Notes: a model not told the origin generated them from the letters alone. 64,000 nt of DNA from Lachnospiraceae bacterium (GCA_045600845.1 JAZRYR010000026.1:1234-65233); one strand, 5' to 3'; shown: positions 9,455 through 19,483, counted from the stretch's first letter. A program made the numbers and translations.

Positions 9455-11334
9455 TGGAAAGAAAAATGGCGCTTACGGAGCGTATTTTATTAAATGTGGA
9501 AAAACCTGCCCGATATACCGGAGGAGAGGTGAATTCCTGTATGAAAGACCGTGAAAAAGTGGATATCCGTTTTGCCATGTGTTTTCCGGATTTATATGAA
9601 ATCGGCATGAGTCATTTAGGCATGCAGATTATTTATTCCATGCTGAATAAAAGAGAAGATATCTGGTGTGAACGGGTATTTTCGGTCTGGCCGGATCTGC
9701 AAAAGATTCTTCTTGAGGAGAAAATACCATTATTTGCCCTGGAAAGCCAGGATCCCATTAAGGATTTTGATTTTCTTGGCATTACTTTACAGTATGAAAT
9801 GGCGTACACCAATGTTCTTCAGATTCTGGAGTTATCCCAGATTCCTTTTCATACTGACGAACGCAGTGAAAGAGACCCGATTGTTATCGGTGGAGGCCCA
9901 TGTGCCGCCAATCCAGAGCCATTAGCAGACTTTTTCGACCTTTTTTATATTGGAGAAGGTGAAACTGTATATTATCAGTTAATGGACGTATATAAGGAAA
10001 ATAAAGTCTCTGGTAGAAGCCGAAAGGATTTCCTTTTGAAAGCTGCTGCCATTGAAGGAATCTATGTTCCTTCTCTTTATGAGGCATCCTATAACGAAGA
10101 TGGAACAATAAAATCTTTTGAACCGAAACCGGAATATGAAAACAGTGCTCCAAAAACCGTTTTAAAACAGGTAGAGTCGGATTTGAGTAATTCTTTCTAT
10201 CCGGATAAGCCGGTGATTCCATATGTTCAGGCAACCCAGGACCGGGCAGTCTTAGAGGTGCAGAGAGGATGCATCCGTGGTTGTCGTTTCTGTCAGGCAG
10301 GAATGATTTATCGTCCTTTCCGAACTCGTTCTTTGGATTTTTTAAAGAAGTATGCCAAATTTCTCATTGAAAATACCGGTTATGAAGAATTGTCCCTTAC
10401 TTCCTTAAGCACGAGTGATTATCCATATTTTGCAGAATTAATGGAGTATCTTTTCGAAGAATTCAAAGACCGAAAAGTCAATATTTCCCTTCCATCTCTC
10501 CGTATCGACGAATTTTCCTTAGATGTCATGAGCAAAGTTCAGGATATTAAAAAGAGTTCCCTAACCTTTGCTCCGGAAGCCGGAACACAGAGAATGCGGG
10601 ATGTGATCAATAAAGGTATCACGATGGAAGATATTGTGTCTGGATCTACTCTGGCTTTTAAAGGCGGATGGAATAAAGTAAAGCTTTACTTTATGCTGGG
10701 TCTTCCTACGGAAACGGAAGAAGACATTCTTGGCATTTCCGATTTATCGGAACAGATTGCGAAAATCTATTATGATACGGTTCCGAAAGAGGAGCGTACG
10801 GGTAAAGTTCAGATTACGGTAAGCACTTCTTTCTTTATTCCGAAGCCATTCACACCGTTCCAATGGGAGCCAATGTATGAACCAGAGGTATATCTGAAGA
10901 AAGCCTGCACCTTGAATGATTCCATTAAAGGGCAGTTAAATAAAAAAAGCATCCGTTATAATTGGCATGATGCAAAGACTTCCGTAATCGAAGGGCTTCT
11001 TGCCCGTGGGGACCGAAGAGTTGGTGAAGTGATAGAAAAAGCATATCAAAATGGTGCTGTTTTTGATGCCTGGACCGATTTCTTTGACTATGAAAATTGG
11101 ATGAAGGCATTGGAGGGCATGGAATACGGAATGGATTTCTTCGTTTACCGAAGAAGAGATTTAAATGAAATCCTTCCTTGGGATTTCATTGATATTGGTG
11201 CTACGAAAGATTTTATGAAGAGGGAATATGCAAAGGCTTTAAAAGCGGAAGTGACACCAAATTGTAAAGAAAAATGTGCCGGTTGTGGTGCAGGAGTTTT
11301 CAAAGGAGGGATCTGCTTTGAAAATAAGAATTAA
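9454..11334 (+). CDS. B12-binding-domain radical SAM protein (TIGR03960-like)
   Basis: It has the CxxxCxxC cluster motif (GCIRGCRFCQAG) and is about 625 aa. It is conserved upstream of the DUF2344-type partner and rng in Clostridia. The ATG at 9454 overlaps the recU stop (TGATG). Confidence 0.8.
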   Translation: MERKMALTERILLNVEKPARYTGGEVNSCMKDREKVDIRFAMCFPDLYEIGMSHLGMQIIYSMLNKREDIWCERVFSVWPDLQKILLEEKIPLFALESQDPIKDFDFLGITLQYEMAYTNVLQILELSQIPFHTDERSERDPIVIGGGPCAANPEPLADFFDLFYIGEGETVYYQLMDVYKENKVSGRSRKDFLLKAAAIEGIYVPSLYEASYNEDGTIKSFEPKPEYENSAPKTVLKQVESDLSNSFYPDKPVIPYVQATQDRAVLEVQRGCIRGCRFCQAGMIYRPFRTRSLDFLKKYAKFLIENTGYEELSLTSLSTSDYPYFAELMEYLFEEFKDRKVNISLPSLRIDEFSLDVMSKVQDIKKSSLTFAPEAGTQRMRDVINKGITMEDIVSGSTLAFKGGWNKVKLYFMLGLPTETEEDILGISDLSEQIAKIYYDTVPKEERTGKVQITVSTSFFIPKPFTPFQWEPMYEPEVYLKKACTLNDSIKGQLNKKSIRYNWHDAKTSVIEGLLARGDRRVGEVIEKAYQNGAVFDAWTDFFDYENWMKALEGMEYGMDFFVYRRRDLNEILPWDFIDIGATKDFMKREYAKALKAEVTPNCKEKCAGCGAGVFKGGICFENKN

Positions 11335-11998
11335 ATTCACAAAAGAGGAATCCGTAAAATATATCGGCCATCTGGACATCATGCGTTTTTTTCAGAGATG
11401 TTTCAACCGGGCAGGAGTTAAAATGTCGTATTCGGAAGGATTCAATCCTCACCAGAAAATGAGTTTTGCCATGCCTTTAGGCCTTGGGATTACCAGCGTG
11501 GGAGAATATGTAGACTGTGAAATAGCAGATGGACAGGATCTGAAAGCCATAGTAGAAAGCATGAATCAGGTTGCAGGGGATGGTTTTGTAATTCTGGATA
11601 TAAAAAAAATCAAACCAAATGGAACAAAGGCTATGGCAGCTGTTAAATATGCCAGCTACAAAGTTCTTTTTGATGAAAAAGTTCTGACAGACCAGGCTCT
11701 CCATGCGGCAATTTCCAGCATTTTGGGGAAAGAATCCATAGAGATTCTTAAAAAAACAAAGTCTCTGGAAAAGATGGTAGATATACGAAAACAGATTATT
11801 GACTTATCCAGCAAAGAATATTGTGCTGAAATGATTCTGACTGCCGGAAATGATAATAATTTAAAAGCGGAAACGGTAGCCGAATTGATTTTAAAGGAAG
11901 CGGGTATTGATTATCAGCGGGAATTGGTTAAAATAATCCGGACAGATTTAATTGCAGACAGATTTATTTCTTTAATTGATTTTGAAACAGAACGTTAA
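11318..11998 (+). CDS. Radical-SAM-associated protein (TIGR03936/DUF2344-like)
   Basis: The N-terminus KIRIKFTKEESVKYIGHLDIMRFFQRCFNRAG is typical of this family. I chose the TTG at 11318 because AAAGGAGGG (11301-11309) lies 8 nt upstream. The ORF track start at 11276 lies inside the preceding gene. Confidence 0.7.
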   Translation: MKIRIKFTKEESVKYIGHLDIMRFFQRCFNRAGVKMSYSEGFNPHQKMSFAMPLGLGITSVGEYVDCEIADGQDLKAIVESMNQVAGDGFVILDIKKIKPNGTKAMAAVKYASYKVLFDEKVLTDQALHAAISSILGKESIEILKKTKSLEKMVDIRKQIIDLSSKEYCAEMILTAGNDNNLKAETVAELILKEAGIDYQRELVKIIRTDLIADRFISLIDFETER

Positions 11999-13206
11999 TG
12001 AAAAGACAAGGAAAGCTAGTTATTACCAAGATACAGGATTATATTTTTTCATTACTATATGATAACGACAACAAAGTAATGCAGATCAACTGCGATGGAA
12101 ACGAAGACGTTATCCTGAGTAATATTTACATCGGAAGAGTAACAAATATTGTTCCGAACATTAATGCTGCATTTATTGAATATGCCAAAGGAAAAACCGG
12201 TTATTATCCGTTTGAAGATGGAATTGAGCCTTTATTCACAAATTTGGAAAGAGCTGACGGTCCCTTAAGAATCGGAGATGAACTTCTGGTTCAGGTTTCG
12301 AAAGAAGCGGTGGGAAACAAAGAACCTGTTCTGTCTTCCAATATAACTTTCGTGGGAAAATATGTGGTATTTTCTTTAAAGAACAGAGGAATCTCTTTTT
12401 CCAATAAAATTAAGTGGCCGGAATTAAAAGAAGCGATTCATAGTCGTTATGAAAAATTTGGTTTTGATCAGTATGGCTTTATCGTCCGTACCAATGCGAT
12501 GCATGCTTCCATTGACAGTATTTTTGAAGAAATCGAATTTTTCAGTAATTTATGGAAAGCAACAAACGATTTACGGTTATATAAAAAAAGCTTTAGCAAG
12601 GTATTTCAGGCACCTAAATCCTATATTTCCAGTATTCGGGACGGTTATCATAATGAAGTCGGCCAGATAATAACCGATAATGAAGCCATTTATAAGGAAA
12701 TCCATGAATATCTGGAAGTATATCAACCCATGGATATAAATAAATTAAAGCTTTACGACAATAATGTTACCTCTTTGCAGACGTTGTATAACGTCAGACG
12801 GGATATTCAAGATGCCTTAACGGAAAAAGTATGGTTGAAATCCGGTGGTTATCTGTATATTCAGCCGACAGAAGCTTTAGTATCCATTGACGTGAATTCC
12901 GGAAAATATGTTTCCAAGAAAGATTCCCAGAAAGAATTTTTGAAAGTTAATCTGGAGGCAGCGGAAGAAATTGCGCATCAGATCCGGATCCGGAACCTTT
13001 CCGGAATCATCATCGTTGATTTTATCAATATGATTCCGAAAGAATATAAAGATTTCCTTTTAAAAGCCTTTGAACAGTTTGTCTCGGAAGATCCGATCAA
13101 AACAACCATTGTGGAAATGACGAAATTAAATCTTGTGGAAATTACCAGAAAGAAAGCAAGAAGGCCTTTATATGAACTAGTTGATAAAAGTATTCTATTG
13201 AAATAG
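11998..13206 (+). CDS. rng: Rne/Rng-family ribonuclease (RNase G-like)
   Basis: It has an S1-like N-terminus (NIYIGRVTNIVPNINAAFIEY) and the catalytic region LVSIDVNSGK. Its ATG overlaps the upstream stop (TAATG). Confidence 0.8.
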   Translation: MKRQGKLVITKIQDYIFSLLYDNDNKVMQINCDGNEDVILSNIYIGRVTNIVPNINAAFIEYAKGKTGYYPFEDGIEPLFTNLERADGPLRIGDELLVQVSKEAVGNKEPVLSSNITFVGKYVVFSLKNRGISFSNKIKWPELKEAIHSRYEKFGFDQYGFIVRTNAMHASIDSIFEEIEFFSNLWKATNDLRLYKKSFSKVFQAPKSYISSIRDGYHNEVGQIITDNEAIYKEIHEYLEVYQPMDINKLKLYDNNVTSLQTLYNVRRDIQDALTEKVWLKSGGYLYIQPTEALVSIDVNSGKYVSKKDSQKEFLKVNLEAAEEIAHQIRIRNLSGIIIVDFINMIPKEYKDFLLKAFEQFVSEDPIKTTIVEMTKLNLVEITRKKARRPLYELVDKSILLK

Positions 13207-13268
13207 AAAAGTTTTTTTGGTAGAATAGTGTGACTTTATGTTGTAAATGCACTACAGAGAGGTGTTTT

Positions 13269-14228
13269 ATGAGTACACTTATTGAAGAAATTAAATCAGG
13301 AAACAAGAATGCGGTTAAAGCGATTTATCAGGAATATGCAAAAGACGTTTATAATTTTGCAAAATCCATTACCGGTGACCATGATTCTGCTTTAGCAGCT
13401 ACAAAAAAGACTTTTGGTAAACTGATCAACAATATCAAAAAAGGCGATGAGCCAAAAGAAATCCGTACCGCTCTTTTAAAGATTGCATATGATGAAGCAT
13501 GTGCTATTGCTATGCCGTCTTTAAATAATGCTCCAGCTCCGGAAATGAATACAGAAGCTGCTCCGGAACCGGTTGCAGAAGAACCTGTACCGGAAAGAAT
13601 CCGTCCGGTCAAAGCGGAAACTCCTGTTGTAACAACAGAATCAGAAGCTCCTGCCCACGAAGAAATCTATATGCCGAAAGGTGGTTATGATTCTCTTCAG
13701 GTAGAAGAACCGATTCGGGAAGAGGTCGAAGAAGCCGCTGAAATGCCACGCAGAAGAAGACCGGAAGGCGAGGCTGCTCCACGCAGAAGAAGACCGGAAG
13801 GTGAAGCTGGTCCTCGTAGAAGAAAACCTTTTGTAGAAAATCCGGAAGGTGAAATGGAAGAACGTCCTCGTAAAAGAAGACCGATTGTTGAAGAAGCTCC
13901 AATCGAAGAGGTGGAAACTTTTGAAGAAGAAGTAGAAACCCCGGAAGAAGAGTACGAAGCTCCAAAGCCTAAGAAAAAAGCAAAACCGGTTCGTGAAGAA
14001 AAACCAGTGGAAGTATATGAAGCTTTTGATGAAGAAGCAGAAGAAGAGGAGGAAGAGGATGATCGTCCTCGTAACAAAGGACTTTTCATTTTCTGTATTA
14101 TATTAAATATCGTTCTGATTCTGATTCTCTTATGGTTCCTTGGTGGATTGCTGGTTAACTTAGGAGTTCTTCCTCAAATGGATTTAGGATACTCCTGGTT
14201 CAACAACACGATTTATCCATTGTTCTGA
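13269..14228 (+). CDS. Membrane-anchored protein with a sigma-70 region-2-like N-terminus, a Pro/Glu/Arg-rich low-complexity linker and a C-terminal TM helix
   Basis: The ATG at 13269 follows GAGAGG. The N-terminus AVKAIYQEYAKDVYNFAKSITGDHDSALAATKKTFGKL resembles ECF sigma region 2, but I see no region 4. The linker contains PRRRRPEGEA repeats, and the C-terminal TM is GLFIFCIILNIVLILILLWFLGGLLV. Confidence 0.6.
   Translation: MSTLIEEIKSGNKNAVKAIYQEYAKDVYNFAKSITGDHDSALAATKKTFGKLINNIKKGDEPKEIRTALLKIAYDEACAIAMPSLNNAPAPEMNTEAAPEPVAEEPVPERIRPVKAETPVVTTESEAPAHEEIYMPKGGYDSLQVEEPIREEVEEAAEMPRRRRPEGEAAPRRRRPEGEAGPRRRKPFVENPEGEMEERPRKRRPIVEEAPIEEVETFEEEVETPEEEYEAPKPKKKAKPVREEKPVEVYEAFDEEAEEEEEEDDRPRNKGLFIFCIILNIVLILILLWFLGGLLVNLGVLPQMDLGYSWFNNTIYPLF
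13746..13828 (+). repeat. 33-bp in-frame tandem repeat (2.5 copies) encoding PRRRRPEGEAx
   Basis: Copy 13746-13778 and copy 13779-13811 differ at 3 positions. A partial third copy covers 13812-13828. Confidence 0.9.
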
Positions 14229-14238
14229 CGTAAATAAA

Positions 14239-14265
14239 CTGCCGGATTCTTCCGGCAGTTTTCTT
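14239..14265 (+). terminator. Rho-independent terminator
   Basis: CTGCCGGA (14239-14246) pairs with TCCGGCAG (14251-14258) around the tetraloop TTCT, followed by TTTTCTT. Confidence 0.8.
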
Positions 14266-14275
14266 ATATATTCTG

Positions 14276-14304
14276 TTGACTTTTCTTTTTTTATTTGATA
14301 AACT
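14276..14304 (+). promoter_or_regulatory. Candidate sigma-A promoter of the rplU-rpmA operon
   Basis: TTGACT (14276-14281), a 17-nt spacer, then TAAACT (14299-14304). A leader of about 90 nt follows before the rplU SD. Confidence 0.55.
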
Positions 14305-14394
14305 TTCATAGTTGGCCGCGCAGTGAGGTTTTTTAAGATTGTAAATGATATTTGCAACACCGTAATTGGCGAGTATATTTTTAGGAGGTACGTT

Positions 14395-14706
14395 ATGTAC
14401 GCAATCATTGCAACTGGTGGAAAACAATACAAAGTTTCCGAAGGTGACAAAGTTAGAGTTGAAAAACTCGAAGGTGAAGTTGGTTCTGTAGTATCTTTCG
14501 ACCGTGTTCTCATGGTAAGTGATGAAGCAGTAACCGTTGGTAATCCTACTGTTGAAGGCGCTGTAGTTGAAGGCAAAATCGTTGACCAGGGCAAAGCGAA
14601 AAAGGTAATCGTTTACAAATATAAACCAAAAACCGGTTATCATAAGAAAAATGGTCATAGACAGCTTTTTACTGAAGTAGAAATTACAAAAGTTTCATTA
14701 GGCTGA
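14395..14706 (+). CDS. rplU: 50S ribosomal protein L21
   Basis: [18 protein letters not shown]... is preceded by AGGAGG (14383-14388). The ORF track starts upstream at 14323. Confidence 0.95.
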   Translation: MYAIIATGGKQYKVSEGDKVRVEKLEGEVGSVVSFDRVLMVSDEAVTVGNPTVEGAVVEGKIVDQGKAKKVIVYKYKPKTGYHKKNGHRQLFTEVEITKVSLG

Positions 14707-14742
14707 AAACAAGTATTAGTGTTTGAAAAGGAGTTGAGATAA

Positions 14743-15003
14743 ATGGCACATAAAAAAGGTGTGGGTTCAACACGTAACGGTAGAGATTCCGAGTCCAAGC
14801 GTTTAGGCGCAAAAAGAGCAGATGGACAGTTTGCTAAAGCTGGTAACATTTTATACAGACAGAGAGGCACAAAGATTCATCCAGGTGAGAACGTTGGTAT
14901 TGGTAAAGATGATACATTATTCGCACTTAAAGATGGAAAAGTAAGCTTCCACAGATTAGGAAGAGATAAGACTCAGGTTTCTATCATTCCTGTAGAAGAG
15001 TAA
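14743..15003 (+). CDS. rpmA: 50S ribosomal protein L27 (no N-terminal propeptide)
   Basis: The translation starts [25 protein letters not shown]..., and an SD (AAGGAG) lies upstream. Confidence 0.95.
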   Translation: MAHKKGVGSTRNGRDSESKRLGAKRADGQFAKAGNILYRQRGTKIHPGENVGIGKDDTLFALKDGKVSFHRLGRDKTQVSIIPVEE

Positions 15004-15014
15004 CTCAAAACTAA

Positions 15015-16352
<1,338 letters not shown>

Positions 16353-16354
16353 TT

Positions 16355-16636
16355 ATGACAAGTAAAGAAAGAGCGGAACTTAGAAGCGCTGCTCATCATT
16401 TAGAACCGATAATTAATGTAGGAAAAGAAAGTCTTACACCAGAAGTAACCAACGCCATTGACGAGGCTTTAGAAGCCCGGGAACTGATCAAAGTTGGTGT
16501 TTTAAAAAACTGCTTTGATGATCCTAGGGAAATTGCGGAAATGGTTGCAGAAAGAACAGCCAGCGAAGTTGTCCAGGTTATGGGGAAAAAAATAACTTTA
16601 TACCGCTACAATAAGAAAAAACATCAGAACAAATGA
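16355..16636 (+). CDS. yhbY: YhbY-family (CRM domain) RNA-binding ribosome-assembly protein
   Basis: At 93 aa it reads LTSKERAELRSAAHHLEPIINVGKESLT...ELIKV. It sits in the conserved obg-yhbY-nadD-yqeK-rsfS order. Confidence 0.85.
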   Translation: MTSKERAELRSAAHHLEPIINVGKESLTPEVTNAIDEALEARELIKVGVLKNCFDDPREIAEMVAERTASEVVQVMGKKITLYRYNKKKHQNK

Positions 16637-17232
16637 AAATAGGAATTTTAGGCGGAACTTTTGATCCGATTCATTACGGACATTTGCTTCTTGCAGAAAC
16701 TGCATACGATCGTTTTCATCTGGATAAAGTGCTGATCATGCCGGCAGGAGACCCTTATTTTAAAGATTTAGATAAAATAGGGGAAGATCTTCACCGAGCA
16801 GAAATGACTAAAATTGCGATTTCCGACAATCCACATTTTAATTATTCTGATCTGGAACTTAATAGAGAAGGGAATACCTATACCATCGATACTTTACGAA
16901 CTCTTCATGAACAATATCCGGAGGATGAACTGTTTTTTATCGTCGGAAGTGATACCTTATTTCAGATAGAAAAGTGGAATCGTCCGGAAGAAGTTTTTTC
17001 CCTTGCCACTTTTCTCACCAGTACCCGAAATATTGATGTTGAGGAAATTGACCGCCAGATAAAATATTTGGAAGAAAAGTTTTCCGCAAAGATATATAAT
17101 GTTTTTATGCCGGATATGGAAATATCTTCTACAGACATTCGGAATAGAATTCATGATGGTCTATCTGTTAAATATTTCACAACCGACGGCGTAATCGATT
17201 ACATTAAAAATAATAAATTATATATAGATTAG
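16633..17232 (+). CDS. nadD: Nicotinate-nucleotide adenylyltransferase
   Basis: It carries the GGTFDPIHYGH motif, and its ATG overlaps the yhbY stop (ATGA). Confidence 0.9.
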   Translation: MKIGILGGTFDPIHYGHLLLAETAYDRFHLDKVLIMPAGDPYFKDLDKIGEDLHRAEMTKIAISDNPHFNYSDLELNREGNTYTIDTLRTLHEQYPEDELFFIVGSDTLFQIEKWNRPEEVFSLATFLTSTRNIDVEEIDRQIKYLEEKFSAKIYNVFMPDMEISSTDIRNRIHDGLSVKYFTTDGVIDYIKNNKLYID

Positions 17233-17242
17233 AGGCGATAAT

Positions 17243-17833
17243 ATGCAACTGGAATACTTGACTTTTATTCAGGAAATTCTTCAGGATGATTTAGATTATG
17301 AAAGATATTGGCATACAATAAGTGTTGCTTTTACGGCTAGTGCTTTAGCCATGAGATACCATTATGACAGCCCCGATAGAGCCGAAATCGCAGGCCTTTT
17401 ACATGATTGTGCAAAATGTATCGATGATGAAGACCGTATTCCGTTATGCGAAGAATATGGCATTATGCTGAATGAATATGAATATCGGAATCACGCTTTA
17501 ATTCATGCAAAACTGGGTGCAGAAATTGCTGCGGATAAGTTCGGCGTATTAGACCGTGAAATTCAGGATGCCATCCGGACCCATACAACGGGAATGCCGA
17601 ATATGTCCATGTTGCAGAAAATCATTTATGTAGCAGATTATATTGAACCAAACCGAGATGATATTATTCCGCATATAGAAGATATCCAAACTTTAGCCTT
17701 TACGGATATCGATAAAGCAGTATGTACGATTGCTAAAAATTCCATTGAATATTTGGAATCTCAGGGCAGAGATATTGACCCTGCTACCAGAGCTACTTAT
17801 GATTTTTACCGCAGATTAACGGAGGAAAAATGA
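17243..17833 (+). CDS. yqeK: HD-domain bis(5'-nucleosyl)-tetraphosphatase YqeK
   Basis: HD motifs are present (WHTISVA..., LLHDCAK, THTTG). It holds the conserved position after nadD. Confidence 0.85.
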   Translation: MQLEYLTFIQEILQDDLDYERYWHTISVAFTASALAMRYHYDSPDRAEIAGLLHDCAKCIDDEDRIPLCEEYGIMLNEYEYRNHALIHAKLGAEIAADKFGVLDREIQDAIRTHTTGMPNMSMLQKIIYVADYIEPNRDDIIPHIEDIQTLAFTDIDKAVCTIAKNSIEYLESQGRDIDPATRATYDFYRRLTEEK

Positions 17834-18177
17834 ACGCAAAAGAAATAACAAAAATCGCATTTATGGCATTAGATGAGAAGAAAGCTGTTGATATTAAAAT
17901 TATTGATATCAGCAAGATATCGGTTATTGCCGATTATTTCATTATAGCCGGAGGAGCCAATGAACGTCAGGTAAAGGCATTAGCTGAAAATGTTGACGAA
18001 AAATTAGGCAAAGCTGGTGTCTTTCCCAAATCAACAGAAGGATATCAGAATGCAAAATGGATTTTAATGGATTATGGCGATGTTATTATCCACGTGTTTA
18101 ATCAGGAAGACCGATTGTTCTATGATCTGGAGAGAATCTGGGTGGATGGCCAGTCTGTTGAAATTGCAGAACTGTAA
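17830..18177 (+). CDS. rsfS: Ribosome silencing factor RsfS
   Basis: At 115 aa it has ADYFIIAGGANERQVKALAENV and DYGDVIIHVF. Its start overlaps the yqeK stop. Confidence 0.9.
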   Translation: MNAKEITKIAFMALDEKKAVDIKIIDISKISVIADYFIIAGGANERQVKALAENVDEKLGKAGVFPKSTEGYQNAKWILMDYGDVIIHVFNQEDRLFYDLERIWVDGQSVEIAEL

Positions 18178-18194
18178 AATCCGGAATAAATAAT

Positions 18195-18256
18195 AAAAAA
18201 GAGTCTGATATTAAGGAACTACTTACAGCATCCTCATAATCAGACTCTTATTTTTA
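18195..18256. terminator. Bidirectional terminator between the convergent rsfS and lexA genes
   Basis: The stem GAGTCTGAT (18201-18209) pairs with ATCAGACTC (18239-18247). It is flanked by an A-run upstream and a T-run downstream. The loop is long, about 29 nt. Confidence 0.6.
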
Positions 18257-18266
18257 TTTAAATTGA

Positions 18267-18881
18267 CTAAAACAAACGGAAAACTCCGATAACCTCGCCC
18301 AGAATCGTACAATCCGGAACAATAATCGGATCATAGTCCGGATTTTCCGGTTGGAGACGAATATGACCATTTTCTTTATAGAAAGTTTTAACGGTAGCTC
18401 CATCTTCAATAAGTGCAACCACCATATCACCATTCCGTGCCGTATTTGTCTGTCTTACAATAACTTTATCACCGCTGAAAATACCAGCATTTATCATACT
18501 GTCACCTTTAACAATCAACATGAAAATCGGATCATTTGGAAGCATATCAACCGGAATAGGGAAGTAATCCGTAATATTTTCCTGAGCCAATAAAGGCTCA
18601 CCAGCAGCAACACGGCCAACAATCGGAACCTGTGCACATTCCCGTCGATTTAAAGAATATTCATCATCTATGATTTCAATAGCTCTTGGTTTTGTAGGGT
18701 CTCTCCGGATAAAACCATTCTTTTCCAATGTTTCAAGATGAGCATGAACTGAGGCGGTAGATTTCAGATTAACTGCCTCACAGATATCCCTTACGGTTGG
18801 AGGATATCCTTTTGCTAATGTTTCCGATTTAATATATTCAAGGATTTCAAGCTGTTTTGCGGAAATTCTTTCTTTTGCCAT
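18267..18881 (-). CDS. lexA: SOS transcriptional repressor LexA
   Basis: A winged-HTH N-terminus (LSAKQLEILEYIK..GYPPTVRDI) is followed by the cleavage and S24 peptidase region (VAAGEP, VKGDSM, VALI..). I chose the ATG at 18881 because AAAGGAGA lies just upstream; the ORF track starts at 18899. Confidence 0.95.
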   Translation of the reverse strand: MAKERISAKQLEILEYIKSETLAKGYPPTVRDICEAVNLKSTASVHAHLETLEKNGFIRRDPTKPRAIEIIDDEYSLNRRECAQVPIVGRVAAGEPLLAQENITDYFPIPVDMLPNDPIFMLIVKGDSMINAGIFSGDKVIVRQTNTARNGDMVVALIEDGATVKTFYKENGHIRLQPENPDYDPIIVPDCTILGEVIGVFRLF

Positions 18882-18949
18882 AGAGAGTCTCCTTTTCATT
18901 GACTAAATACTGAATCTGTTTTTTTCTTTTAATAGAATTCTATCATACC

Positions 18950-18975
18950 GAACAAACATTTGCAAACATTTGTTT
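18950..18975. promoter_or_regulatory. Two degenerate LexA (Cheo-type) boxes proximal to lexA
   Basis: GAAC-AAAC-ATTT lies at 18950-18961 and AAAC-ATTT-GTTT at 18964-18975. Each has 2 mismatches to GAAC-N4-GTTC. Confidence 0.4.
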
Positions 18976-18984
18976 GGAAAAGTG

Positions 18985-19013
18985 TTGACAAACAAATGTT
19001 CGTGTTGTATCAT
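18985..19013 (+). promoter_or_regulatory. Candidate sigma-A promoter of the yneA-like gene
   Basis: TTGACA (18985-18990), a 17-nt spacer, then TATCAT (19008-19013). A LexA box occupies the spacer. Confidence 0.55.
18990..19001. promoter_or_regulatory. LexA box
   Basis: AAAC-AAAT-GTTC has one mismatch to GAAC-N4-GTTC. It lies within CAAACAAATGTTCGTG, which recurs 30 bp downstream. Confidence 0.65.
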
Positions 19014-19019
19014 AAGGGC

Positions 19020-19031
19020 AAACAAATGTTC
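19020..19031. promoter_or_regulatory. LexA box
   Basis: This is a second identical copy of AAACAAATGTTC, between the -10 and the SD of the yneA-like gene. Confidence 0.65.
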
Positions 19032-19057
19032 GTGCATATATTCTTGGGAGATAAGAA

Positions 19058-19399
19058 ATGAAAAAGAGCAGAATTAATAGAAAAAAACAAGTAAAAAAAC
19101 AACTGGTTCGTTTTTTGACCGCTTTAGTTCTAATTGTTCTTACCGTATGCGTTATCCTTTTCAGTAATAAGAATATAACAAATGCAGACGAAAATGGGGA
19201 ATCCGTTAAACTGAATAAATATTATAAAACCATAACGATTGAATCCGGAGATACTTTATGGAGTATTGCGGATGAATATAAATCCGGTTCTAATAAAAAC
19301 ACGAAAGAATTTGTATCCGAATTAAAGTCCATGAACAATCTTCATTCCGATGAAATTATGTCCGGACAGAAATTACTTGTTGCTTATTTTGCAGAATAA
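19058..19399 (+). CDS. LysM-domain membrane protein, YneA-like candidate SOS cell-division inhibitor
   Basis: At 113 aa it has a basic N-terminus plus one TM (LVRFLTALVLIVLTVCVILF) and a C-terminal LysM domain (YKTITIESGDTLWSIADEY...GQKLLV). It is divergent from lexA with LexA boxes between, as for B. subtilis yneA. Confidence 0.7.
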   Translation: MKKSRINRKKQVKKQLVRFLTALVLIVLTVCVILFSNKNITNADENGESVKLNKYYKTITIESGDTLWSIADEYKSGSNKNTKEFVSELKSMNNLHSDEIMSGQKLLVAYFAE

Positions 19400-19414
19400 T
19401 TGTTTTTATATCCT

Positions 19415-19483
19415 ACAGCCTATAGTAAGGCCTCACATTATTTCTTCTAATAATCTGAGCGCAAACTATAGGCTGTTTTTTAT
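19415..19483 (+). terminator. Probable terminator with a 12-bp stem and a large loop
   Basis: ACAGCCTATAGT (19415-19426) pairs with ACTATAGGCTGT (19465-19476), followed by TTTTTTATTTTTTT. Confidence 0.5.

Noticed and set aside
13349-14658. Several long antisense or alternative-frame ORFs (13349..13612, 13609..13965, 13697..14089, 14184..14594, 14200..14658)
   Set aside because: These are shadow ORFs created by the low-complexity GAA/GAG/CCG-rich linker of the 13269..14228 gene and by the rplU region. Their translations are low-complexity (poly-S/L/F) and they have no start context.
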